A stretch of DNA of 63,478 bases, the filler included, from Octopus bimaculoides (Eukaryota), in assembly GCF_001194135.2 (NCBI RefSeq). It is 5 parts of 5 records of this genome, joined end to end, with 100 filler letters (N's around TTAATTAATTAA, not from the genome) between each part and the next. Parts side by side here need not be neighbours in the genome. Positions count along the whole stretch, not along the records: positions 38,167 to 55,921 come from NC_068985.1; positions 56,022 to 58,794 come from NC_069001.1; positions 58,895 to 63,478 come from NC_068987.1; 2 more parts are not named here. One strand, written 5' to 3'. Made by a program: the position numbers and the translations under genes. Each line of letters opens with the position of its first letter. Position 1 is the stretch's first letter. Shown piece by piece: positions 51,501 to 63,478 of the stretch. Below the pieces are notes generated by a model, which did no database searches, was not told where the DNA came from, and worked only from the letters and a program-made list of their open reading frames with translations.

Positions 51501-53679
51501 GATTTACTTGATCAAGGATTATTTGGGGGACAAACAACAGCAGTTTGATGATTTGTTCATTCTCCAGTAACATTATAAAAATATCCAATTTTCACTATTA
51601 GGCCATATGAATTCTACATATAGCTGGAATTTTTTTTATCAGTTGATTCTTTTAGATTTTTCTGTCCCTGTTTGAGACAATGTCTTTTGTTGTAGCAGTT
51701 GTTTTTGCAGCTATATGATCTTTCTGCTTCTAGCCTTTCAACAATGAAACAATGAGTAAAGTCTCCTTTATCTTATGGCCCTGCTACCTCTTAATCTCAA
51801 AAGTATTGTGTTCTTCACAACTGAGGAGAAAATGTTGGCTTTTTTAGTGCTCTGTGTTGACATTAATTTATCTGTTGTTTTCATGTGGATGAAATCTTTG
51901 GATTATTTAATTTCTAAACATTTCTATTTTCCTACACACAATCTTGTACATTTATTTGGTGATTCTTTTATCACCACTTCAGTGAAGGAACTTGAAGACT
52001 ATGTCTTTTTCAAGTGGTTTGAATGAGACATATTATATGTCTAAAAGTGTTGTGTATAATTATGATGAAAACAAAACTCACATTGAACAAAAATGTGGCA
52101 CAGTGATCATAGTTGTTGTAATGCATGTTTATGGGTTCAATCCTAGTCTTAATGGTGTAAAAATTTATGTCTGAAAGCAAAGAATGAATATATACAAAAT
52201 GAAACGTAGTGCAGAATGTAGATATATAGTGTAATTATTATAAACAAAAGAGAGATTAACAGCACAATAAATACCTACTACTTTTTATAAAATTTTTGAT
52301 ATTTACCTGACTTTGTGCTGTCTGTCAACTTCCTCTATTGATTCAAATTAACTAATTTAGATGAACTGATGTATTTTGTAATGTACTTTACAGAATACAA
52401 TGACTAATTGAAAAAAAGAAAAAAATGAAATAAAATAAAATTATTAAATTTAAATGAAATGAACCATGTTTGATTTAGTAACCAAATTAGTGATCAACGA
52501 AAGATGGTATGATTAATTAATATTTTATTAATTGGTGATCAATGTCAAACTTGAAAAGAAAATGGCTTTTGTATAATTGCAGTCTTATCTTTTAAGGAAG
52601 GAGTTGCAGCTAGCCAAGTCAATATGGTTCATATCCAATACTCACCACAGACATTTAAACCAGTCTAGTTTCTGCAGTCAACCCTGTGATACTATAGTAG
52701 ACATTCAGTCAAGCAAGTAAGCAGGCAAACATTTCAATAATAGTACCTAGATTTTGGTAATTGGATATGAGAATGATGGTGTTGATACACACTAGCAGGA
52801 GTAATTCGACAAGCTTATAATAACTAAGTGTAAAACTCAATTATCATATAGATTTTTGCCCCTTAATTGGTTTTTTTTTCTCTATCTTTGAGTAATCAAT
52901 TCCTCCACCCATCCAATATCGATAAAAAAAAAAAATTAAGTACAAAATAAAATAAAGATTTTGAATGACTGGTGTTAGGTGCTGTGAACTATTGGATGAT
53001 TGAAAATACAGTTTGATGGCTCAGAAATACAGGTTCAAAGCTGTGATAGGTTACTGTCCATTTCAGGAGGCGTGTCGTTCACTGGTTATTACTGTAGAGA
53101 CTTTGATTTACTCCCTACCCAAGTCTAGAACATAAATTAAAAAGTAAAAAACAATACTGGAATTGATAAGTTGGTATGTGGATATCATTGACACCTCCTA
53201 CTAGCTATGTCTTCTTCATATTCCAGGAGACAAAAGAAAAAAAAATCAAATCAAACTTTGTTTTTATACTATCAGGTCTAAATTATAGTGAAAAAAAAAA
53301 GCTTGGAGGGAATTAATTGGCATTATTGTTAGGAATGTGTCACAAGCAAAACTAAAGCCATAGGCTTCACTGACATGATAGTGTTAAAGAGAATTGATTT
53401 CTTCACAGTGGCACAAATTCATAGATTTTTTTTTTTTTAAAGGGAGACTCAAAGTCAATTGAATCAACTTCAAAACATGACAGATAGACACTTTATCGAT
53501 AGGGAGGGATAAAAGGCAAAGTTGATCTCCCAATGGAATTTGAACACTCAGAACAAAAAAAGGATGTAACAACATTTTGCACTGCACTCTACTATTTCTA
53601 CTACCCCACCAACTTTTCATGTCATTGTTGTTGTCATTGTCATCGTCACAATTCTCATCACTGCCACTGCTGCTGTTGC

Positions 53680-53723
<44 letters not shown>

Positions 53724-54377
53724 CCAGAATCATTTTCCATATTAGCATGAGATGAATAGGTCTGCAGTACAGTAAAAATCTAACCTACTATTTCATCCCA
53801 TATAGCCCAATATCTTGAGCTTTTAAAATGCCAAATCCTTCCTCAGCTTTCTCAGTCTTTCTCTGCTACAGCCATATCCCACTGTCAGCAAACGACACTT
53901 ATTTTTCCACTCATTATTGATTGCCCATTCTTATTGTATAGCTATCTCATATCCTGTGTGCATAATCTCTGATGATGTGTTTAACACCCCTCCACTTTCA
54001 CAGTTGAATTGCATCCTGCCTTTCCTGTATGTTAACCTAACTCCGCTATCAAATCATGACTGACTATTTTCCGTCTGGCTTTTCTAGAACTTATGCAATC
54101 AAGTTAATCCTTTAGTATTTAAACTGGCCATATCTGACCAAAATATTTTGCCTGTTTTATGTTCAAACAGGTCAGATTTGACCTCTCACTTCTACTCTAC
54201 AATATTATTGTCAAAATAAACAGTTACATCAAAAAGATCTTGAAGCTAAAAGGCAGTTCATAATTAATTCAAAACACTGTGAATAAATAAGCATTGCATT
54301 TGACAGAATAATCTGAATGCTTGATGGTTAATGCATAAATCATTTTACCTATACTGAACCACTCATCATACATGAGC

Positions 54378-54590
54378 CAATGAGGAAGCCTAACATGATC
54401 ATTCAACCTTCAATAAATAGCAACCAAATCTCCACTGAATTAAACTTTGTTATCTAAAAATAGAAGGACACATAGATAAGGTAGTTTTCAATATAGTATT
54501 CTTGAAATAGGAAGGACAGGATTTTTGAGGTTGGAATGTCTTTAATTAAGACATATTTAATCAGAAGGGACTTGAAGTTAAACAACAATG
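54378..54590 (+). mobile_element. Family G repeat copy, diverged
   Basis: ATGAGGAAGCCTAACATGATCATTCAACC...AAATAGCAACCAAATCTCC...GTTAAACAACAA. Confidence 0.6.
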
Positions 54591-55544
54591 ACCTCAACTA
54601 CCACCACCATAACAACAACAATTTTTCTTACACTTGTTTCATATTGTTCCCTGTTTTGAACTATAAGTGATATTCTATATTGTCATTAGGGGTAACAACA
54701 TTTGTATTATGTAAATCACCCTAGCTGTTATATAATAAATTGTTGTTACTTTTATAGTTTAATTACAGGTCAACAACATCGGAGCTGACAGGTGTCTCAG
54801 GTATGGCTGGCATGTCATGTATGCATGTGTATATGTAAGACTTCTTAATCCGATATGATTATATTTAATGTAGTAGCTGGTAATAAAATTAATCTTTGAT
54901 TACTATTTGTAGTAAGTCTTGTGACCATATAGAAGTAAGGTTGTCTTAACAGCATAATAAAACACCAGGCAAAACAATGCAATGGGGGCCCTCTACATTT
55001 ATATACTGACAGCAGTGCACAGTATATATAAGTTAACTTTGGGCTCCTGGGCCTCTGAGACTTCCAGACAATTATTCAGTGTGTCCATGCCTTAAGGTAA
55101 CACTGTATAGAGGCCCCTGTGGCATGTAAAAAGCACCCACTACACTTTTGGAGTAGTTGGCATTAGGAAGGGCATCCAGCTGTAGAAACCATGCCAAATC
55201 AGATTGGAACCTGCTGTAGCTCCCCTGCTTACCAATTTTCAGTCAAACTGTCCAACCCATGCCAGCATGGAAAACGGACGTTAAATGATGATGATGATGA
55301 TGATGATGATGATGTATAGCTAGTTTAATGGATACAAATAGCTAGCTATCAGAACTAAAACGCCTTTAATTATTATGTGGTCTGCATTTTATATTTATGT
55401 ATTTATACAGTATGATTATTATTTTCTTTACTTGTACAATATTTATTTTATTGCTTTTTTTATCTATATTATTATTTTTTTAAAATAATTTTTCAAAATA
55501 TACATTGAGCAACACAAGTTCTGTAATACTTTAATATCTCCTAT

Positions 55545-55742
55545 CTTTTACTTGTTTCAGTCATTGCACTGTAGCCTTGCTGGGTTTAGTCAAACAAATT
55601 GACCTCTTTACTTATTTTTCCTTTTAAGCCAGATACTAATTCTTTCAGTCTCTTTTTGCTGAACCACTAAGTTATGGGGATATAAACAAACCAACACCTG
55701 CTGTCATGCATTGGTGGAGAACAAACACAAACTTAAAGGCAC

Positions 55743-55760
<18 letters not shown>
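55545..55760 (-). mobile_element. SINE family B 3' part, CpG-decayed
   Basis: TTTTACTTGTTTCAGTCATTGCACTGTAGCC...TTGCTGAACCACTAAGTTATGGGG, colinear with 33586-33851. Confidence 0.7.
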
Positions 55761-55800
<40 letters not shown>

Positions 55801-55887
55801 ATAATATTAGGGACAAAATCCAAAATTACAGGTAAAAACTCAATTAAAATCGATGAGTTCTTGAAACTTGGTTATTTTCCCTAAAAC

Positions 55888-55921
<34 letters not shown>

Positions 55922-56021
55922 NNNNNNNNNNNNNNNNNNNNNNNNNNNNNNNNNNNNNNNNNNNNTTAATTAATTAANNNNNNNNNNNNNNNNNNNNNNN
56001 NNNNNNNNNNNNNNNNNNNNN
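55922..56021. other. Artificial scaffold join 3
   Basis: 44 N + TTAATTAATTAA (55966-55977) + 44 N. Confidence 0.95.
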
Positions 56022-56575
56022 ATATATATATACACATATATATATACACATATATATATACACATATATATATACACATATATATATACACATATATATA
56101 TACACATATATATATATACATATATATATACACATATATATATACACATATATATATACATATATATTTATATTTATATATATTTATATCTATATATATA
56201 TATATATATATATACACACCTATATACATATAACTACCTACATACGCAGAAACACACGGCACTTGTTATCATTTAAAGTAGATTAGATGTAGTTACATAA
56301 TATATTAGATATAAACAAATATATATATATTCATACATATATACTTTCATACAATTATGAAGATATATATGCGCATAAATATATATATAATATTTATATA
56401 TATATGTATATATTTATGTATGTATATATAGGTATATTTTATATGTGTATAAATATACGTATATATGTACATATAAACGCGTTTGTATGTGTGTGTCTAA
56501 TAAAATAAAGTGAATGGTCACTGTAATTCCGAAATATTGCAATATATATTTTGATACAGATTCCAACGTGCACAG

Positions 56576-56638
<63 letters not shown>

Positions 56639-56874
56639 AACAAACATAGACGTATGTAACAATGTCACTACTTCAAAAGTCCGTTCCTTTTAATTTCATT
56701 TAATTATTATTACCATGAATGTGAATCTGTTTTTTTACACTTATTGAGTTCTCCGCTAAAATTGCTTAACTCTAAAGAAATATTTTGGGCCATATGCAAG
56801 TAATATTAATTCTCACATTATTATTAAAAACTTATTATTATTATTATTATTATTATCATGAACTTATCTATGAA

Positions 56875-56934
<60 letters not shown>

Positions 56935-58751
56935 CACATATATATATATATGTATATATATATTGTATATTATTGAATAGATATAATACATTTGTTGGGT
57001 GTGTGTATATATACACATTTTGTATAGAGATAGATGTACTACATGTATATAGAAACATACAACTAAACCATATGTGTGCTTCTACTCACTTTTGTATTGC
57101 TAAGCGCCTGTTCTGTTGGTGATAAGCTAGAACAGGTACTGTGCTTGTGACACCTATTGCAGGTGAAACATAGATGCATAGATGTTTTCCTTTGCGTAGG
57201 TAAGCTGTTGGGTGTAAGACAGGACACTGGAAGAAATTTGGAAGTTCGGACATTAGATGTAGTAACGTACAAACAACGACTGATGATGTGTTCATTATCT
57301 GTGACATTGACAGAATCTATGTGAAAGGAGGAATGTAGGTAGAGGCAAAAGATGTGTCCAGATCGCCCTGTAGTCGTGTAATGTATAACGTAGACAACAC
57401 CTACTAAACAGGAAGGGCAGAAATGAATACTTGACGTTCATACACAACATTGAACGTTATAACATCATGAGATTAGATGAACTCCGCGAGATGTACTCAG
57501 AGTTTGCAGCATCTCCAAGCGAACGAAGTATAGATCGAGTGTAATGGTGGCTCTGCTGATTGTTGTAGAGCACCACCACAAAGTGTAGAGGTCACAGTAC
57601 AATACCATTCGAACAAAGAGAGATACACATAACTCAGTCAGAAAGTTAAACATAGGTATATTATACGTAATGTAGAAAATATCGTAGCATCAACAGGAAT
57701 AGTAGCCTTCCGTAAACATTTTGTGGTACGCTGAGCTATCAAAGAACAGAAAATAGCTTTTAAATCCCCAATCAGCAAACGAGTTAAGGATGTCGCTAAA
57801 TGATAGAAAGTATCGATTGTGCCATACCAGCGTGGAAGCTTTCCATCATACATTAAGTGGCTGAGCATAGATGTTCTTAAGATACTCTCTTTCTCATTAG
57901 ACACAACGTTGTTGCTAGAGATTACCGACGATGCTATATGCAGGTAAGGTTATCCTTGTGGTGATAACGAAGGCATGCCAGAACCAGAGAATATGAACGC
58001 GTTTAAAACTAAGTATGCTGGTGAGACATTCCAATAAAGAGAGCAAGAAACAAAGATAGTCATATGGGACAGGGAAGAAGAGCTGTGGAAATTCGTAGGG
58101 ATCAATTGCCAAGCGGATTATAATATCTCTTCAAAAATTTGGGGAAAGGAATTATAGATCTACTATCATAGATTTCCATTTGCTCATATCGTTATACATG
58201 AGCTGGGCTACGTCAGAGATTTACATTGAAATCAAGAAATATTTGATGTCTCTAGAAAAGAAATGAGCAGACTGGTTTACACCCCAGAGGAATTTAACTT
58301 TAGAAATAAAGGAGGTTTGTAAAACATTTCTGAGTTTCCCCGTTCGAAGTGCCTCGCAGAATATATGTAACGATCACGTATATAAATGGAAATCTTATGT
58401 ACGTACGCTCATAAACACTAACAAAACATACACTACAGTTCTATTGTGAGAGGCCCAACATCGAGTTTGTGTTTAACCATTTATATCAATATTTTCGTCC
58501 CTGCGAATTGTATTTCTTCTAACTAATTCAATTCTAACTGCATTATTTCTTTAAATTCTAAACGAAGTTTCCAATCGCCTGAAATACTTTTGAAAGTATT
58601 ATGCCTCACCAATGATACATCAATTAAGCGCTGTCATGCTGTTAATATTTTTTTTCTCTGTTAGACCAAAAGCAGAACAGCAAATTAATAAGTTTTCAGT
58701 CCCAAGTGTAATAGCTTATATACTTATATGTATACAAATATACACATACAT

Positions 58752-58794
<43 letters not shown>

Positions 58795-58894
58795 NNNNNN
58801 NNNNNNNNNNNNNNNNNNNNNNNNNNNNNNNNNNNNNNTTAATTAATTAANNNNNNNNNNNNNNNNNNNNNNNNNNNNNNNNNNNNNNNNNNNN
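58795..58894. other. Artificial scaffold join 4
   Basis: 44 N + TTAATTAATTAA (58839-58850) + 44 N. Confidence 0.95.
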
Positions 58895-59060
58895 TATATA
58901 TGTAATACATATATAATATACATATATACATATATACATATATACATATATAATATATGTAATACATATATAATATACAATATATATATATATATATTGT
59001 ATATTTACATGTATATTACATATATATGTATGCATAATACACATACTCGTGTGTATTATG

Positions 59061-59118
<58 letters not shown>

Positions 59119-61038
59119 CTGCATGGTAATATAGATTCATTACCTACAATATATTTAGTTCTTATCAACAATCACGCGCCTACACACAGAGAATAATTTG
59201 GAAACAAATGAACAATCAAATCAAATGGGGGAGAAAGGAAAAGATGAATGATACACAGACACGTACACGCACACACACATACATACATGCACACATATAC
59301 TTTTGCATGTATATGTGTAAGTATATACACACGCACATATATAAAGAGAGAGACAAAGAAAAGTATTTTGAAGCGAAAAATAAAGAAAGGTAATGTCGAA
59401 GAAATACACTTAAATATGAAGGAAACGAGAATACCAGGAACAAAATTTACAAAGTTTCGCATCTTTCTATATTCCCGTTATTATATACATAAAGTCAATT
59501 ATATATTTGGAGGTTTAAACTTCGCTAGTTGATTTTGGTTTTCATTGATACCTTCATATGTTCATGTGCACGCATACAGTGATGCGCCTCGTTTTGAGGA
59601 ACTATGAGCCACTAAGAATTTGATAGATAATTTTAGTTACTTTTTGTTTTATTTTTTACTTATTTCAAATTTCTATAATGGTAGTGATATAAAGTTTCAG
59701 GAAATGAGTTCGAATTTTGCCGTATTTTGATAAATTTATTGGTTCTACTGCTATCACTGCGAAAATCTCTTTCAATTCCACTTTGATCATCCATGCATTT
59801 TATCTGTCCGGGTCGCAAAAAATGTAGCAGCCAAGTATTGGTTAATTGACTAACAATTATCTAATTTATCTAATTGGCTAACAATAACGAAGAGATATTG
59901 AACCAGTGTGTGTGATATCATTATTGGCGTCATGACCCCACTGTCAACACACAGTTTGAATAAAGACAGTCTTTCAGTAAGTCATGACCTCTATCGCTAT
60001 ATTGCTCTTTCAGAAAATTATATATCAGACGAATTTTAATTGGCAAAAGTATTAAAATTGTATTTGTCATTCTCTGTGAAGGCGTCATAAATATTATTGT
60101 CATATTGCTCAACTAAAAACATTAATGTTTCAATATTTTATATTCTGTAAACTCTATATACATTGTAAAATATTTACATTTACATGGATGACTTTCTCAT
60201 AAACTCTTTCAAGGTCAATGTTCTGTTTCCACATGTATCATATATCTTTCTGAATAACTGCAATAAGGCGTGACTGTTGCTTCTAACAGTTCGAATAAAC
60301 ATACAAAAGTTAGCACATTTGTGAATATTTATATATTTATTCTTTCGTTCGTTTATCCATCTGCTTCATTCAACTAATTATTTGCATCTAACCAGCAATA
60401 TCACCTTGAAATATTTAGTTCATATTTAGTCCATAAAAACGATTATTTTAAGTGTAGAATAATTTATATGAAGTAAACAATCCAACTCTCGTTATCAAGC
60501 GATGAGAGTCAAATGCAACTAGCTAAGTAATCTCACGAATATCTATATACATATTTAAAATATATGTGTATTCGTATATATATTGTTTTATTCTGTTACT
60601 TTTATCAGTCATTACTTTTAGGCGGTGCATGGTCAGTAGGTTAAATAGACCCCAACACTTGGCTGGTACAGACTAAACACCAGGTTGATCAGAGTAGAAT
60701 TGATGACAAACTTTAACATTGATAGCACTGGAACTACAATGTGTATCACTGGATGTTAACCAATCACAAAATCTTTACTGAAAGCTTAGCAATCAATTGA
60801 TCAAAACCCGGCAAAATTCGAACTCACTGCCTGACACTTTATATCACTACCAGTATGGAAGTCTCAAATAAGTAAAAAGCAAAACTAAGAAAGAACTAAA
60901 ATTATGTATCACACGCTCATTGTTCCTCAAAATGAGACACATCATTGTATGCGTTCACATGTATATATGAAGGTATCTATGAAAAATAAAGACACCTCTT
61001 GAGATTTAAACTTCCAAAGATATAATTGTCTTTATGTA

Positions 61039-61490
61039 TCTATCAGTCACTTTTGCCGAAACGCTAAGTTACATAGATACACTACCATCGGTTGTCAAGC
61101 GATGGCAGGCGAACACACACAGACACACATGTATACACACACATACATACACACACACCCAAACAATCACTCATACAAGTGTATATATATATATTCTTTT
61201 ATTCTTTTATTTGTTTCAGTCATTTGACTGCGAATATGCTGGAGCACCGCCTTTAGTTGAGCAAATCGACACCAGGATGTATTCTTTGTAAGCCTAGTAC
61301 TTATTCTATCGATCCTTTTTTTGCCGAACCGCCACTTACCACACACCCATTTCTGCACCTAGGCGTCTTTCAGTCTTCGTCTACCAAATCCACTAAATGG
61401 CATTGGTTGGCCCGAGGCTATAGTAGAAGTCCCCTGTCCAAGGTGGAACTGAACCCGGAACCATGTGGCTGGGAAGCAAGCTTCTCACCA
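61039..61490 (-). mobile_element. Cluster of SINE family B pieces (61039-61160, 61195-61335, 61368-61490)
   Basis: TTGCCGAAACGCTAAGTTAC...ATCGGTTGTCAAGCGATG; CAGTCATTTGACTGCG...GGAGCACCGCC; CCCGAGGCTATAGTAGAAG...CCCGGAACCATGTGG. Confidence 0.8.
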
Positions 61491-63229
61491 ATCAATAAAA
61501 TTCCAACTTAGTCTGATTTTCACGTTTTATAATTTGCAATAATTTACAATTTTATAATATCGAAATAAGCTAGTACTTTCATACATTACACAATCATCCG
61601 ATTTATGTAATGACAATCATGCTCCACAACTGATAATTGTAGCGAAATGGTTGGAATTGCTTGCGACGTGATCCAGTAAGCTGAGTCTTACAAATTGTAT
61701 TTTAATCAATTAGCATGTGACTTAGATGTCACGGTTTAATGAGCGCGGCAACTGATTTCTAAGTGTATTTCCGTCAATCAGTACGTGGCTTAGACCTTAC
61801 GATTTGGTGGGCACGTCAAGGTTTCTTTAATTTGACCGCACCTACAAGATTGTTTGGTTATATCTTGGAAAGTTGAAAACAACACCCCTGTTTTCATTGA
61901 ATTCTACTGTTACTCAAGGAATTTTTATTCCAATTGAGTCAATGTTCATTTCGTCAACATTCTCCCACCACTTTTGTTATTGTTGTTCTTACTGTTGGCG
62001 GTGCCAGAATGATAAGAGTATTTATTATCATTAACACCATCTTCATTATAATTATCTTTGCTACTATAACTGAACGGGTTTAAATTCATCAATAAAATTA
62101 TTTGCTCTCACTTTTCTCTAAATTTCACTTACGTTTTGTGGTTTGTAGGATGGGGGAATATTATAAACATTTTCTGACCTCTCTCTCTCTCTCTCTCTCT
62201 CTCNNNNNNNNNNNNNNNNNNNNNNNNNNNNNNNNNNNNNNNNNNNNNNNNNNNNNNNNNNNNNNNNNNNNNNNNNNNNNNNNNNNNNNNNNNNNNNNNN
62301 NNNNNNNNNNNNNNNNNNNNNNNNNNNNNNNNNNNNNNNNNNNNNNNNATATATATATATATATATATATATAATGCTATGTATACATCTATACATTATG
62401 GTGGAAGTCAAAGTAGATTAAGTAATATACAGTAGCGTAACTTTTATTGCTTTAAAAATCTTTTGGGATGGATAATAGTTAAACACTGCCTGCAGGAACT
62501 GACATCAACATTATACATTTCAAGTAAATTGAGGCAATCTAAATTCAAACCTGGTTCTAATGGCCAAATTTACATTGCGTTTTTCGCATTGGCCTACATT
62601 CTCTACAATAATACTAAGTTATTTCTTACAGAGAATCCATCGAAGATGCCCCTTCGTAGCCACTCTACGTGGTAGAAGTTAAAACCAAAATTTCGTTAAG
62701 TCAAGGGCAATCAGATTAACTAAAACAAAAAAAAAAGAAAGAATGAAGCTGACTGCAAGCAAGAACGTACTAACAAACCATTGCTTCGAGGAAACGAAAT
62801 AACGACTGTGTGATTGATGGCCATCTCAAAATAGAAACTATAAGCTATACCTTTTCGAAATCGGTCTACAACAGAGGGAAGACATAATAGATTGTATAGA
62901 TTTGGAAATGCTATGTCTAAAAAACCGAAATGCGATTAAATGGCTTTGAACTTTGCGCTTGGTAGTTTGGAGCTGACCGGGAGCTAATAAATCATAAACA
63001 ACTTCATCCAGAGGAAGAAACAAAAGAGAAATCTCAGAAAGGTCGATGCACAGAAGAAATCAACAGCCCTATAAAACAAAGCTAAAGTATTCATTACGTG
63101 AAAACTCCTTTAGCAAGAAAGCACATTTAAATGGTGTCGTACCTTTAATCTAAAACGCACACATTCTCCGAACATACATACGTAGAAAAGAACAAGTACA
63201 TTCTCACACATATATAAGTGAGAGCGAGA

Positions 63230-63345
63230 CCGACAAAAAAAAATCAAAGTACTCGGGGCAATTTATTCGACTACAAGGTCTTCTCACTGGTGTCCCATGG
63301 TCGCAGTCAAATGAGTGAAACAAGTAAAAAATAAAAGGTAAAAGA
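63230..63345 (+). mobile_element. SINE family B 3' tail, diverged
   Basis: CATGGTCGCAGTCAAATGAGTGAAACAAGTAAAA. Confidence 0.7.
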
Positions 63346-63417
63346 AAGATGACTAAGTATGCATGCATTATGTATGCGAACATGCATGTATATCTATGTC
63401 TATATCTATCTATCATT

Positions 63418-63478
<61 letters not shown>

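Noticed and set aside
59900-60090. TSVCDIIIGVMTPLS resembling a GPCR TM2 motif
   Set aside because: No further transmembrane segments, and the frame is bounded by stops.

Overview
AT-rich, repeat-dense animal genomic DNA from a draft assembly. The SINE families and microsatellite load look like an octopus genome (inference from memory of cephalopod repeats, not a database hit). There are about 19 N-gaps. Four are identical 100-bp artificial joins (44 N + TTAATTAATTAA + 44 N), so the window is five joined scaffolds: 1-18032, 18133-38066, 38167-55921, 56022-58794 and 58895-63478. Almost all long ORFs in the supplied track are artefacts of microsatellites or N-runs. The recognisable protein-coding sequence is all decayed transposon: two R4/Dong-type LINE pieces, a HERO-clade LINE 3' half, a Helitron helicase with intact 3' end, an RTE LINE fragment and a full-length Hsmar1-like mariner with TIRs and TA TSD. 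Many tRNA-derived SINE copies are also present; the family letters A-H are my own working labels. No rRNA, true tRNA, CRISPR array or complete recognisable host gene was found. The best leads are: (i) three phase-compatible minus-strand exons (12080-12026, 7639-7514, 2414-2375) that would encode a signal-peptide-bearing, dibasic-site-rich precursor; (ii) a type I hammerhead ribozyme motif at ~37953-38024; (iii) a strongly base-paired 3' UTR on the HERO element; (iv) a TSD-flanked head-to-tail SINE multimer whose units join at one fixed position in the tRNA head; (v) a twin-priming-style LINE inversion; (vi) a CpG-depleted 17.7-kb scaffold that may be a methylated gene body. None is proven to be a new system; all need computation or RNA data.
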